Positions 37,036 through 48,834 of a DNA stretch of 64,000 nt are shown here, in pieces. Under the pieces are notes generated by a model. That model was not told where the DNA came from. It saw nothing but the letters and a program-made list of their open reading frames with translations, and made no database searches. The DNA is taken from NCBI GenBank assembly GCA_047288015.1, contig CM103819.1, forward strand, positions 32,561,354 through 32,625,353. Direction: 5' to 3'. The position numbers were made by a program, and so were the translations under genes. The stretch's first letter is position 1, and every line of letters begins with the position of its first letter. This stretch comes from Mactra antiquata. Its lineage: Eukaryota.

Positions 37036-37312
37036 TTTTTTGTTTAGGTTTTAACGCCGTAGCAACACATTGTACAAGTCATATCACGGCCGTCAGTCAA
37101 CCTACTCACCGTTCCTGGAAAGGCTAAATCTCTGGATTTAGCTGTTAACCAGTTACTAGGCGCATACTTCCGTCAGTGACTGATTTAGAATCAGTGGTAG
37201 GAGGGAGAATGGCCGTAGAAATTATTTCATGACCAAGCTCCACGAAAGTAGGTCCCGCCCCTCGATCAGTAGGCTTGTGCACAACCGACTGAGCTAGCCG
37301 GGCGGGTCCCAT
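37036..37312 (-). mobile_element. tRNA-derived SINE, subfamily A, with an internal deletion in the head
   Basis: About 90% identical to 4672-4985 ('..gtcatatcacggccgtcagtcaacctactcaccgttcctggaaaggctaaatctctggatttagctgttaaccagttactaggcgcatacttccgtcagtgactg..gactgagctagccgggcgggtccc'). Confidence 0.8.
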
Positions 37313-40300
37313 AAGAAGAAATCATGCTTATATAAATGGAAAGCAGGGTCAACGGCATGGTGGTCCTTAGGTAAAATAGTACCGACAATTTTTATAAATT
37401 GGCAGGGAACTTTTTCTACGAACTTCAAAATTGTATTTTAAAAAAATCCGTCGGTAACTTTCAATCTGTATACAATGAACAATTCTGATTATTTATATTA
37501 TACAAACACATATGTTATTCCGCTAAGCCAATCCAAATCCGTGGTCGATATCGTTTACATATATTATTTTTCTTAGACAATTTCGGTAGATGATGACGAA
37601 GAAAATATTTTGAAATTTGGCTAATATTCAACAGAGTACAAAACCAGTGATTATATTGCTCCATACTTGCTACGTTAGAATGCGCAGGAAAGTCTTTTTT
37701 TGATTTCAATACTTTGATTACACCACACATAAAACTCAATAACAAGTTTAATATCTTTATTTACAAACTAACTGAACTCTACATGACAGCGTCCTAACAT
37801 GCAGCCAGGATCTAGGCCCAACATACAGGTATACGCAAATGAGTTACCAAATTTCCAATCCCTTCTCTACGGCATGAAAATACTAACTTCCTTTATGTAG
37901 ATGATGTTTGCCCGGGGTCCGTCCGCGCCGAAGATGCATTATGCGAAGACCTAGCTAGAATTAACCATAAGTTATTTTTGTCACCACTGTGAGTAGTAGC
38001 TTTCTCTACTACTACTGCGCACTATATTTATTATATCACCAGAAGCTAAAGATGTGTTGTGCAAACCTGTACTTGATGAACTCAATGATAAAGGATTATA
38101 TCACACCCATGAAATACACCTGTTTCAAACTTCCTAGAATATAAATGGTTAAATGAATAACCCTGGAAAAGTTCTTCATGCAAAACCACATTAATTTTCA
38201 AAGAAAAAAAAACACATTTTGTTCAACAACTTATTGAAAAAGAAACTTAACATGCACGTTTTCATAGGGTGGTAACAAGGAAGTTTACGCTAGAGTGATT
38301 GATGAATAAAATCTTAAAACTATTTAAGTTTTTTAAGATTTTTGAGAGGACACATAGCATTTCAAAATGTAAGGCCTTCCTCTAATATCAACATTCGTCT
38401 TGAACATTAAATATGCTTTTTATGGAAGGTTATGCAAAGACTTCATCAGAACAGCCTGATCAAAACATTAATGTACATAGTATGTACATTGCAATTATAG
38501 AATGGAGATACGTGTTTGCATCGCATTTACGTATTCCCCAAATATACATAAAAACACAGACTGGGTTGACCTCGTATGGAGTGAGGTATAACAAAACACA
38601 GTTTTGATTGATTGATAAGGGCGTTTATTTTAAATGCCATGAAACCCAAAATATGATTTATGTTAATATGTACAATAATATAATAAACTATACACAGCAT
38701 TTATACAAAAGACATGTCTGAATGACAAAACCGTCAAGAGGAAACCGAATATGGGGTGCATTATACATTTGTTTAATCAGATCCTGTTCAGATATGTAAC
38801 TTCGTATGACAACAACATTCCTATTATCATCTCCACAAGAAACTGCTGCGGTTTTTACTTTAAAATGTCAAAAAGTATATCAATTTGAACCGGATCTGTT
38901 CATTAAATTGTCTTCTATACTTTTCAAAAACATATTAGTAAACTATAATAGTAATATACCGGATTTAGACTTCTTACACAAATACCTAGACACCAAACAA
39001 AATACATCTGTACAATTCTTATTGAAATCGCCGTCCTTCAATTTGTTTAAAACGTTATGAGGTGCAGTCTTATTGCTTCTCCTTCATGTAATGGAAACTC
39101 ATTTTTGGGGGGATTTATTTGCCTTTATGTTAACATCACATGTATTTTTTTTCTAGTTAAATTTATGTAAACTATTTTAGTTTCATTGTGAACCAAGTTC
39201 TTACTATTTACATTAATCACTCTCAAGTTTGCTTCAAGGGATTGGCTTCACATAATTCACTTCAAAAAATGAAATTTTCTAAATTTTCAACAAGATATAC
39301 ATCTAGCTAAAATTAAATTGTATTAATAGTAGAACAGCAGAAGCCTAATAAAAAGTGGCTTATTTAAGGAGTTAGATCGCGCTAAAAGGTAACCAGCTAT
39401 AGTCAGATTTTATTCAGTGAGCCATTACTGTACTTTTGTATTTATAGAATTTTGGAACATTCTTGATAAAGGTAACACAAAGTGTATTAATGTAGCAGTT
39501 GGAATAGGTTTGCAATGTTGTTTTAGGAGATTATACCTCTGGTCACAGTAATGATTAGACTGTCCCAATCTTCGCGGCTCACGGAATAAAATCGGACTAT
39601 AAAACATTTACCAAAATGTTCAGAAGACATAGTAGTTTTATGAAACCCATATAAACACAATTGTAAACAAACAAATCTTGTGCTAATATTTAAGATCTAA
39701 ATATCATTAACATTACAATTATCACTATTTGAAAAAGAACATGCATTTATTTATTCTATGTTCGGTTCTGTTGAAAAAGGTTCAAAGTAGAATTCCCCTA
39801 TTACCAAACTCTGTTTTGGTCAAAAAGATATTAGGAATACTGATACCTGATGGTACATTTTATTTCTAAACTTTTCCTTTGTCATATGTTTAAATAATGT
39901 TAACATACACTTTCTATGAACAAATTGAAAATTATTCTGTTGTCATATCAAATGGAGGTAATTATTCACACTCAATAGTAAGTTTTTATCAAATAAGTTT
40001 GCAGATATACATTTAATGAACCTTATATATATTTATTTATTCATTTTTCATGACATTGACATGGTACAGGTACAGGGAACAAAACGATCGTAAAATATAC
40101 TCTAAGATTTATACATAAAATATTACATATATAATTACAGTCGATAAAATTGCATGTGCAGTAAGATGACGATGGTTAAAACAGTTATCTATTGTTGGTA
40201 ACCAAATTTTAAGAGGAACATATAAGAAGTATCATTGCACGTGATTGAATTATAATTAAAGACCATGTCGAATACATTGAAAAACAGGGATGGCACACCT

Positions 40301-40496
40301 TATTCTCAAAATGATAACATATTGTAATTAATGAAAAATATCATAATGTACATTTATAAGCAGAACAGAACAGAACACATGAACTTTATTAAATGATCAC
40401 AGGCTCCGTCGAAAATAATATTGGTAAGCTTATTCTATTGTACTCAAGACGCATTTCATGAAATTTAATGTTTACATAAAACTTTTCTTTTTTCAG

Positions 40497-40575
40497 TTTT
40501 AATAGTTGGGGTTGTGGTTGGCATTGGTCTTTTGATGTTATTCTTGATATCATGTTTACTTTGTTACATAGCTGG
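40497..40575 (+). CDS. Exon 4 of the membrane-protein gene: the transmembrane helix (V)LIVGVVVGIGLLMLFLISCLLCYIAG
   Basis: Acceptor tttttcag|TT at 40494-96 and donor GCTGG|gtaagt at 40576. It runs from phase 1 in to phase 2 out. It is a 25-residue hydrophobic segment. Confidence 0.6.
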
Positions 40576-41019
40576 GTAAGTTATCAGTCCTTCGACATAT
40601 AATTATATAAATATCATGCGTCTAATGACTGGTTTTATTTAACTAAATTATGGATTTTATGAAAATGAGTCATAATAAACTAAGTAAGCAAACTTTACTA
40701 TATGTACCGTAAAATACCGAATAATTCTAAGCGATAATAGTTTTTTATTTCAAGAAAATCGTCCTTCATTTAATGAAATCGTCGAATGTTTCCCAAAAAT
40801 AGCCTAAAATACGATGTATGTCAAACAACGCGTCCTCTAAATGATAAGGAACAATGGTCTTTAGGGTCCGTTTCAGGCACCTGTGTTTTCAAACGCTGTG
40901 TTCGGACTACAAAGCTGCTTTTGAAATACTGTCACATTAAGATTTCTAAATGACATACATTGATTTCACTATTTGCGGAGCGTATTTATATACTTTTTAT
41001 GTCTATTCTTTTACACTAG

Positions 41020-42328
41020 GCGTTGCAAAATTAGAAAAGACGAGCAACAGTTACCATCACAACAACCCAGACGGCCACCTCCTCGTCCAAACTTTTTACA
41101 GCGCACATTAACTCAAGCACGCGATCGAATAATCCGGTCAAGACCTTTACCAAAGATTCCTGCAGATGCCGAGGGACAAACACTTCGTACAAAGGTCATT
41201 GACCAAGATCCTCAGTCCGGGTATTACGATAGTATTCGATTGGATCTTATTGACGTCAAAGATAACAATAACTACCCTAGCATCCAAGAATGCTATAAAA
41301 ACAACAAAATTCACAATGACATAATAAATCAAGTAGCTCCACAATCTTCAGTCGATTCGAGTTCGTCCTATATTCACCCTAGTGGTGTTCAAGTCCAACA
41401 TGACGACAGCGATGCCAATACGTTAGCCGTTAGCACAATTAGCGATAAGGTTGAACAAGATAACCACTATATATACATGCGTCCGGCAAAGGGAAGCAAC
41501 GTTGCTGATAATCAAGAAACCGATGACGTATACCTTAAATCAAGCAATACTAAACTGATTCAACAAGGCGGTGAAACGCTTGCAAAGAATGATACGCCAG
41601 TCTCTATTGACACAGACTCATTTTACGTGTACTCAAATAATTTCAGATTTCCCACCGGTGAACAACGTATTGATGGTAGTTATATTAATACTAAACCTAG
41701 TGTCGAAAAGATATCTCAGGGTTCAACACTTGTCCCTGAGCCAAAACATGAAAATGCAGAAAAATGTGAAAATGATACAAGCGCGCTGTATCTCAATGAC
41801 ATGCGTTTCAGTGACTATGAAAATGTTCAATGTACGAAACATTCAAGCAACAAACATGAAGACACAGACACTGAATCGCCTTATTCAAATTGTGTTAATG
41901 AAGTAAATCGAATTATCCAACACTCTGTGATTAATTCTGGGGGTAACGATACGCAGAATAGTGACACTTATATCCCTATGAATACGGGACAGACTGTTGT
42001 AGAGAGAGCCGAAGAGGCCAGAAGTACTGATTCTCATCTAAATAAGGACGCGCAAATCTGTGATGAAAATAGTATAAAGGAAAGTGCTTGTGAAACAGAC
42101 AGTTCAGACTACATGCCAATGGTCGGTTGCCGAAGAAATGTCGAAAAACAAATGTTGCAGAAACAAGACAGTACTTTTCCAAACTTAATGAGTTTCAAAG
42201 TGCATGGTGCATCAGACCAACACAATGGTGGCAATACTATAATGCATCCAGATGCACACTTAGAGAATGTATTGAAACCAAATAAAATCAAGCTAAAGCG
42301 GTATGTTAAGGAGAAGCGTCAGTCGTAG
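41020..42328 (+). CDS. Exon 5 of the membrane-protein gene: a cytoplasmic tail of about 435 aa, with a basic juxtamembrane 'RCKIRKDEQQ', a proline-rich stretch and several tyrosine motifs including YIYM and YMPM. Stop at 42326-42328.
   Basis: Acceptor cactag|G at 41017-19 completes the Gly codon left open by exon 4. This is the long ORF 40973-42328 in the track. It is acidic and rich in S, T, N and D. Confidence 0.55.
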
Positions 42329-42529
42329 AATATGAAGGGATATCGTGATTGTATATTGAATAATGAACGCAATGTTACATTAAGAAACATAAATCCTGTA
42401 TGTCTTAGTTATACCCTAATATAGCGTCAGTCAGAAACTATAGCCGAAGGAAACAATCCATCTGTACAACTATAAAAAATACCCGTTTTAAGGTGACAAG
42501 CTTACAAGTAAAGCAAGCATGGTAAATTA

Positions 42530-43026
42530 CATTCGGAACTCCTCGGCGATTTTCGATGCAAATATACTTTGAACATCAAAAGGAGATCAAGTAGTTCTAA
42601 CATGGATTCCGAAGTAACATAAATTTCATTCAATGTGGTTTCTGTAGAAATTTAGCATAAACTACACAAAAACAAGACATGTTAGACATAACACTTCCAA
42701 CGAAATAGTTTGAAACGCTTTTAACATTGTTATTCGGAGAATATATAGGATGAGTTTAAAGAATATGACCATGTACCGTGTTTCATAGTATTTTGATAAA
42801 TCTTGGACATTTGCTGTCGGGAAGACTCCTTTAAGTTTGTAATGTTGCTATTTTGCAAAATAGCGGTCAACTTGTTTGCAAATATTGACTTACCACGTTT
42901 GTGTACTAACAATAACAGAACTACTTACCAGCGAGTTATTCGCCGGGCCTTATAACCTGTTGTATACCTACCGCCTCTGATATCCGAGGTATATCTGCGT
43001 AGAAGATCGCCGAGGTGTTCCGAATG
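42530..43026. mobile_element. MITE of the CATTCGGAAC family with a perfect 9-bp target-site duplication, GGTAAATTA
   Basis: Starts 'cattcggaactcctcggcgattttcgatgc' and ends 'gcgtagaagatcgccgaggtgttccgaatg'. The sequence 'ggtaaatta' is present at 42521-29 and at 43027-35. Confidence 0.8.
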
Positions 43027-43744
43027 GGTAAATTATCCTTCCGATGTAGATGAATTGTTTCCTTCGACTGTATTTTCTGACTGACGCTACATTAGGGTAT
43101 AACTATGACATACAGGAGTTTTCTTTTGCAATGAAACATTTTCTTTCTTAGTGGGTGATGACTAGTAGGCATATTGTTTACTTCGTAATTTCATTATTAC
43201 ATATATGTATATATATATAAATATACAGCTGTATATAACATGCCAATGTCGGTAAAATGTAGGTAATATATACCGCGTCTTAAAATGTAATTTGTGTTTT
43301 GTTAAATCTTAGAAGGGAGAATCAGTGGAAAACCATTTGAGCTAAAGTAAACGATATTTTGAAGACAAAGTCATATGTGAAAGAATTTGAAAATCGACAA
43401 CTTAATGAAGGCGTTATTCATGATTAAAGGCGTAATATTTCCTCATGAGTATTAATTAAGTGGTTCGTTTTCATTTGAGGTTTATTTTGCCTAATTATGA
43501 ATATTCTAGGACTAAAGTGACATTTAAATGAAAAAAGTTTGCAATTTATTATTTTACAACAGATATATTGTCAATATGTATTTTAATGAACACCGTATGA
43601 CCTCGTAATTACATTAATAATCATACGAATTTAAAAATTCTTTCACTCCTGTGTTTCTGTTATTGATACACTATCAGTTAAGCTAAATTTGCTTTTGTAA
43701 CCGAAGTTGTCCCTTAATCTATTTACGTAAGGTGGTAGTATGTA

Positions 43745-44040
43745 TGATAGGACCCGGGAACGTGGCGCAGGAGGCTATGCGCTGGATTTCAAATCTATTG
43801 TCCTGGAGGGGTCGCTGGTTCGAGCCTCACAGAGGGCTAATTATACCCTTCCATGAAAACTTGACATAAATGTCGATTTTCCTCCATCAATAAGGTATAT
43901 GGAGAGGTTGTCGGCCTTGTGGAAGGGTAGGTGAGTACTGCTTATAGACAAGGGTCCAGGAAAGCTAGGTTAGGCGAGCTGGCTGCCGTGAAATGACCAT
44001 AATTTGTGTTGACACGGCATTAAACCCAACCAAAAAATAT
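43745..44040 (+). mobile_element. SINE family D, full length with a tRNA-like head
   Basis: Head 'ggacccgggaacgtggcgcaggaggctatgcgctggatttcaaatctattgtcctggaggggtcgctggttcgagcctcacagagggct'. Body '..ttgtcggccttgtggaagggtaggtgagtactgcttatagacaagggtccaggaaagctaggttaggcgagctggctgccgtgaaatgacc..gttgacacggcattaaacccaacc'. Confidence 0.7.
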
Positions 44041-44439
44041 ACATGATAGTCCTTGTAAATGTATATCGCTGCAATCGAAGACATCACTTACTTTCCTACT
44101 GACTTATTCATCTATTCACATGCATATGAACATATGAGCTTACAAATCCAATAAATCTTCATGCGGTTATGTCTCCTGCCCTTCTTTTTTATGCATCCAA
44201 GACAGCCGGATTGACCACAATTCGATGTCTAAAGTATTCCTAGGTAATGGACTACGTATTTTCCTTTGGTTTGATGGTTCACTAGAAGGCATGGACTCCA
44301 ATATGGCAACAATTATCTAGCCAAGCAATATGCGTATAGTGCCAATGTCAATTTAGTCTTGCATGACTAAATTCAACAGGGTAATGTAGCTCTACGAAAG
44401 ATCAACACCACATCTTGCAATTTAAGTGTAATTATTATC

Positions 44440-45010
44440 ATTATTTGGATTGTACATCGTTTATCAACACACTTTTATTTGGCTATTTATAGCTATTGGA
44501 ACACCAACCAGCACATTACCCCCCCCCCCAGCTAGCTCAGTCGGACGCACACAAGTCTACTGATCGAGTGGTCGTGGGTTCAATCCCCGGGCGTGGCATC
44601 CTTTCGTGGAGCTTGGTAATGAAATATTTTTTACGGCCATTCTCCCTCCTACCACTGATTCTAAATCATGTAGGGCAGTTGTCAGTCAATGTGACGGAAG
44701 TATGCGCCTAGTAACTGGTTAACAGCTAAATCCAGAGATTTATCCTTTCCAAGGACGGTGAGTAGGTTGACTGACCGCTGTGATATGACCTATAAAATGT
44801 GTTGCTACGGCGTTAAACCCAAAACCAAAAAAAAACAACCAGCACAATTTTCTCTTACCAGTTCACATATACCCTTCCCCAAGGAGCTGACAACTTCTCC
44901 ATACCCGGAGGAAAGCGATATTAATGCCGAATCTTTATGCCAGGGTATGACCTTTCGCCACTGGGAATCGAACCAGAACCGCCGAATTCGAAACAAGCTT
45001 GATAATTACT
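44440..45010 (-). mobile_element. SINE family D-like copy in minus orientation, interrupted by a nested SINE A insertion
   Basis: The tail part 'ttatttggattgtacatcgtttatcaacac' at 44440-44515 resembles the end of the copy at 29330-29600. The head part at 44847-45010 is the reverse complement of '..caagcttgtttcgaattcggcggttctggttcgattcccagtggcgaaaggtcataccctggc'. Confidence 0.5.
44516..44836 (+). mobile_element. tRNA-derived SINE, subfamily A, inserted into the D-like SINE with a 10-bp target-site duplication, AACCAGCACA
   Basis: Head '..cagctagctcagtcggacgcacacaagtctactgatcgagtggtcgtgggttcaatccccgggcgtgg..'. Tail '..gttaaacccaaaaccaaaaaaaaac'. The sequence 'aaccagcaca' is at 44506-44515 and again at 44837-44846. 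Confidence 0.8.
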
Positions 45011-45490
45011 TCACCATATCAAGTGTACAGGTGACTCAGATACGCAGTAACTATTAAAATAGTGGAATGAGACCGAACTACAGTTTGTATAAAACAAACA
45101 CATCGATACAGCACAAAGGATCGGATTATAACAATATAATTATATTGTTGCTCAGGGGCTGATCAAGAAAATTGCTTCCTGGGGTTCTAACATAAGAAAC
45201 CTTTCTGGGCGGGAAGTCCGCTCACCAAATTCATCATTTTACATAACATTTTAAAAGATTTGTAAGTATTTCGAAACATTCCATACGGGTACGGAACCCG
45301 AGCCACCATCTAGTTACTGCGTGGTTCTGAATGACAAACGTAAACTATTTTATGGGTATTTCCGTCATCTCAGCCCTTGTAATTGTAAGTTTGAAGATCG
45401 TATTTTAATCAATGTACATGTATAATTAATATATAACAAACAACGGTCACAGTTACAAAAGAGCAAACCATGAGCTACTTATACAAGTAG

Positions 45491-45770
45491 AGGCCGCCCG
45501 GCTAGCTCAGGTGGTAGCGCGTATGCCTACCGATTCAGTGGTCGCCGGTCCGATTTCCGGGTGGAAGCTACATACCTTCATGGGGACTATGATATACCCC
45601 TTACCGCTGCATTAAGTAGAGCAGTTATCAGCCACTCACGACGGCATGTGCTTATTATGGTTAAAAACTTTTATCTAGAGATCGAAGCCTCTCCAGGGAC
45701 ACTGCTAGCCATGATACATGTATGACTGAAAAATTGTCAGAAAAGCGACGTAAAACATCAGCCTTTTTAT
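45491..45770 (+). mobile_element. tRNA-derived SINE, subfamily B
   Basis: Head 'ggccgcccggctagctcaggtggtagcgcgtatgcctaccgattcagtggtcgccggtccgatttccgg'. Tail 'gactgaaaaattgtcagaaaagcgacgtaaaac'. Confidence 0.75.
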
Positions 45771-46992
45771 TTTTTGCTCATACATATATGGTAACTGAAT
45801 AATAATTATTTTATGTCAAAACTTCCTATACGCCTTTGGGTCATTGAGGACAAGATATATTTATACAGTAGAGTTCCGCTATCAGGACCATCAAAATCGA
45901 TGGTCTTAACAGCAAAATGGTCTTAATATAGGGACTTTTTTCTTCTCAAATTAAGCATTTGGGACTTAAAAATTGTCAAATATTGCTTGATTTTGCAATA
46001 ACCCAGGTGGTCTTTATAGCGGAACTTTACTGTACAAATATACAAGCACACATAGTACATAAACGTTCACACAAAATAGTGTACACTACCCTCCATAATC
46101 AAGTATACACTTACGAACAACACGCTTTTTGTCAAATTTTGCGCAAATAGCTAACATTATTTAAATTGTTTTGTCTTCATTCAGTAAGGGAGGTAATCTT
46201 AATTAAAAGGGAGAGAGAATAAACATTCAATTTCACTGTTTTCAGACAAATTATGCGTTGATTTAAATTTGAGGCAATTCTTTTTCAATTCACAAGTTTT
46301 TAAAAAGTGAGATTTGTCTTGATTCTATGCCTGAAATGACATAATATGACATTTTTGGACAAAAATCATCAATAAAACAATAATAAAATGGTTTCTTTGA
46401 CAGAATTCATGAATCGGTACTTTTGTTATAGACTTTTAAAAAGTTCTAAATGTGGTTTTATGACCAAGTTCTTGTAATGCAGACTTTTATTTGTCAATCA
46501 ATAACAAACAAATTTGATATGAATGCCAAATACAGTATTTATTTAAATTTAAGAGCTGTTTGTTCTTGCCTTTTTATGCAATATCACACTGTATACTTAC
46601 TTATGGAGGGTAGTGTATATTGTATGATACAAGTCACATTCACTTGAATGCTTTTGTTGCATGACTTATGTTAATGTTTGTCTCCTTGCTTTTAGGACTG
46701 AACAATGGCACGCCCACCTTCAAATGTTGGTATAAACAGGGAAACTACCTGATATAAATAATAAGAAACAAGGATTATATTTCTGACATATTATATGACT
46801 TTACTTACTTTATATTACATAATATGATAATGACACATGTTAAGTTTATGCAACCATAAAGTCCTATACATATAATGATAATAGATCTGCATTAATAATT
46901 ATCAAAGAGAGGAATGGCTACAAAAAATCATGACTAGGATTTTAATAAACTCAACGCTATGCATATTTCTCATACGATACGAAAATACAAAT

Positions 46993-47200
46993 AATAGACG
47001 TATAAGTACGGAGCCCCTAAAATGACATTTTTATTTATTTTTTTTATTTTCACAATTAGTTTGTTTAAACGTTTTATTATTTCGTTTAAACGTAATATTA
47101 TTTCGTTTTTACGAAACGACATAATATTACGATTAAACAAAATAATTGTAAAAATAAAAAAAGTAATTTAAAATGTCACTTTGGGGGCTCCGTATATAAG
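46993..47200. mobile_element. Palindromic hairpin mini-element, a MITE-like foldback
   Basis: A near-perfect inverted repeat of 'tacggagcccctaaaatgacattt' bounds an internal palindrome 'tttaaacgtaatattatttcgtttttacgaaacgacataatattacgattaaac'. Confidence 0.6.
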
Positions 47201-48006
47201 ACCAGTGATACACGTAAGGTGTACAATTGCTATATAAATAAAAATATTTTGTGGCGGCTGAAAAGGTCAGGGAATAATGATGTTCAGCGTTGTTTCTACC
47301 GTGATTGTATTTCTAAACTTTTCATTGTATAAGATTTTTAAATTATGTTCACGCGTACTTTTTATAAATACATTTAGAATTGCTTTATTTTCAAGGGAGG
47401 TAATAACTAACACCCGTTGACATTTATTATCAAATAAGTCAGCATTCCCAAATTATGTAAGGAATCAAATTCATGCAAAATATCAAACATACTGTAAAGA
47501 AAAGAAAATATCATATTTTGTGTCTAATTTAATCATACTTTTTAAACATAAGTTCACATGTAGCGGTGATATTTACATAAGAAATTGTATACTTATCATG
47601 TAATTTTAATAATAATATACACTTAAACTAAACTACACTAAAATGAACCGCCTCTGTAGTCGAATGACTTCAAATCCCTGTAAACTCTCACTGAACAAGG
47701 GGATCGCTCTTCGTGTGATAACAAGATATACATTTGCTAAAGGGGGATGGGGGTTAGTGAAGGCAAATCCCAGGAACGACGGTTAGGCGAACGTTTTCCT
47801 TCACATGACTTTGACGGTTGAACAGGAACGTAAAAAAAGACACGAACCAAACAAACGTAGTTTTTTCTGTAAGTTATAAAAGAGTTTCAAACAATTTCAA
47901 TGTGAACATTTTAGAAAAAAAAACGGAAATTAAATATTTTTGTCGTACAGTCAATCCTCGTCTCCAATAAGCAAAGATAATCTAATGAAATAGTTCAAAT
48001 CTTTGT

Positions 48007-48834
48007 TTACGACAGTAAACTTAATATGTCCTGTAGAAGTTCTAATATTGACTTCTGGTCACGTGATTTCCCCAGAACAACAACAACCAAGTCAGATATA
48101 ATACCAGCAGTGATTATATTGACATGTGTTTCACAAGTCTTACAGTTATAGTTGGTTGCTATGGTTTCATTTTTATAAAAATCAATGTCACGTAAATCAA
48201 TGTTATTGACATAATTCATTCTATTTTCTTTAACTGAATGTTCACCGATAAACGCTCCTGATCTGTTAGAACTATCCCTCTTAGTTTTGTTTATTTCATC
48301 ACCAACAATATCCCCACAACCATCACCATTGTCATCATCATTATATCCATCATTATCTTCACCAGCACTATCATCATCATTAAGTTTTTCATATCTTCCA
48401 TTATTATTATTCTTCTCTTGACATTGCTTTACTTCACGTCCTTCGTCGTCTCTCCCATATTCATCATTGCTCTGATTCAGACCAGCCTCTCCACTTACAT
48501 CCAGAACATCTCTGTGACACCTTTCATCTCTATGGCATCTTTCATCTCCCTTGCACTTTTCACCATTCGTGTTAAATCCATCGCGTCCTATAAAACACCC
48601 ACTCTTATCAACCATACATATAAAGTTAGTATTTAGCATTCCTACTGAAAACAGTGTCCGTTTTGGACTTTTCAAAAGGGAGACTATTGTCGGCGCTTCT
48701 GTCTCTGGTACTTCGAGATCTCCACATCGCAATATAGTATTCCCATTTGAATCAAATACATTCAAAGAAATTTCAGGTTTGAGCGAAGTTTCCTTACTCC
48801 AGAATTTTCTCACAGATTCTAGTTTAGATTCCAT
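48007..48834 (-). CDS. Candidate single-exon gene: a 275-aa acidic protein with an internal 'DERCHRDERCHRD' repeat, an N- and D-rich low-complexity region and a C-terminal hydrophobic segment
   Basis: It is the longest non-repeat ORF in this region. The ATG context is aaacaATGg. No family was recognised. Confidence 0.35.
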   Translation of the reverse strand: MESKLESVRKFWSKETSLKPEISLNVFDSNGNTILRCGDLEVPETEAPTIVSLLKSPKRTLFSVGMLNTNFICMVDKSGCFIGRDGFNTNGEKCKGDERCHRDERCHRDVLDVSGEAGLNQSNDEYGRDDEGREVKQCQEKNNNNGRYEKLNDDDSAGEDNDGYNDDDNGDGCGDIVGDEINKTKRDSSNRSGAFIGEHSVKENRMNYVNNIDLRDIDFYKNETIATNYNCKTCETHVNIITAGIISDLVVVVLGKSRDQKSILELLQDILSLLS

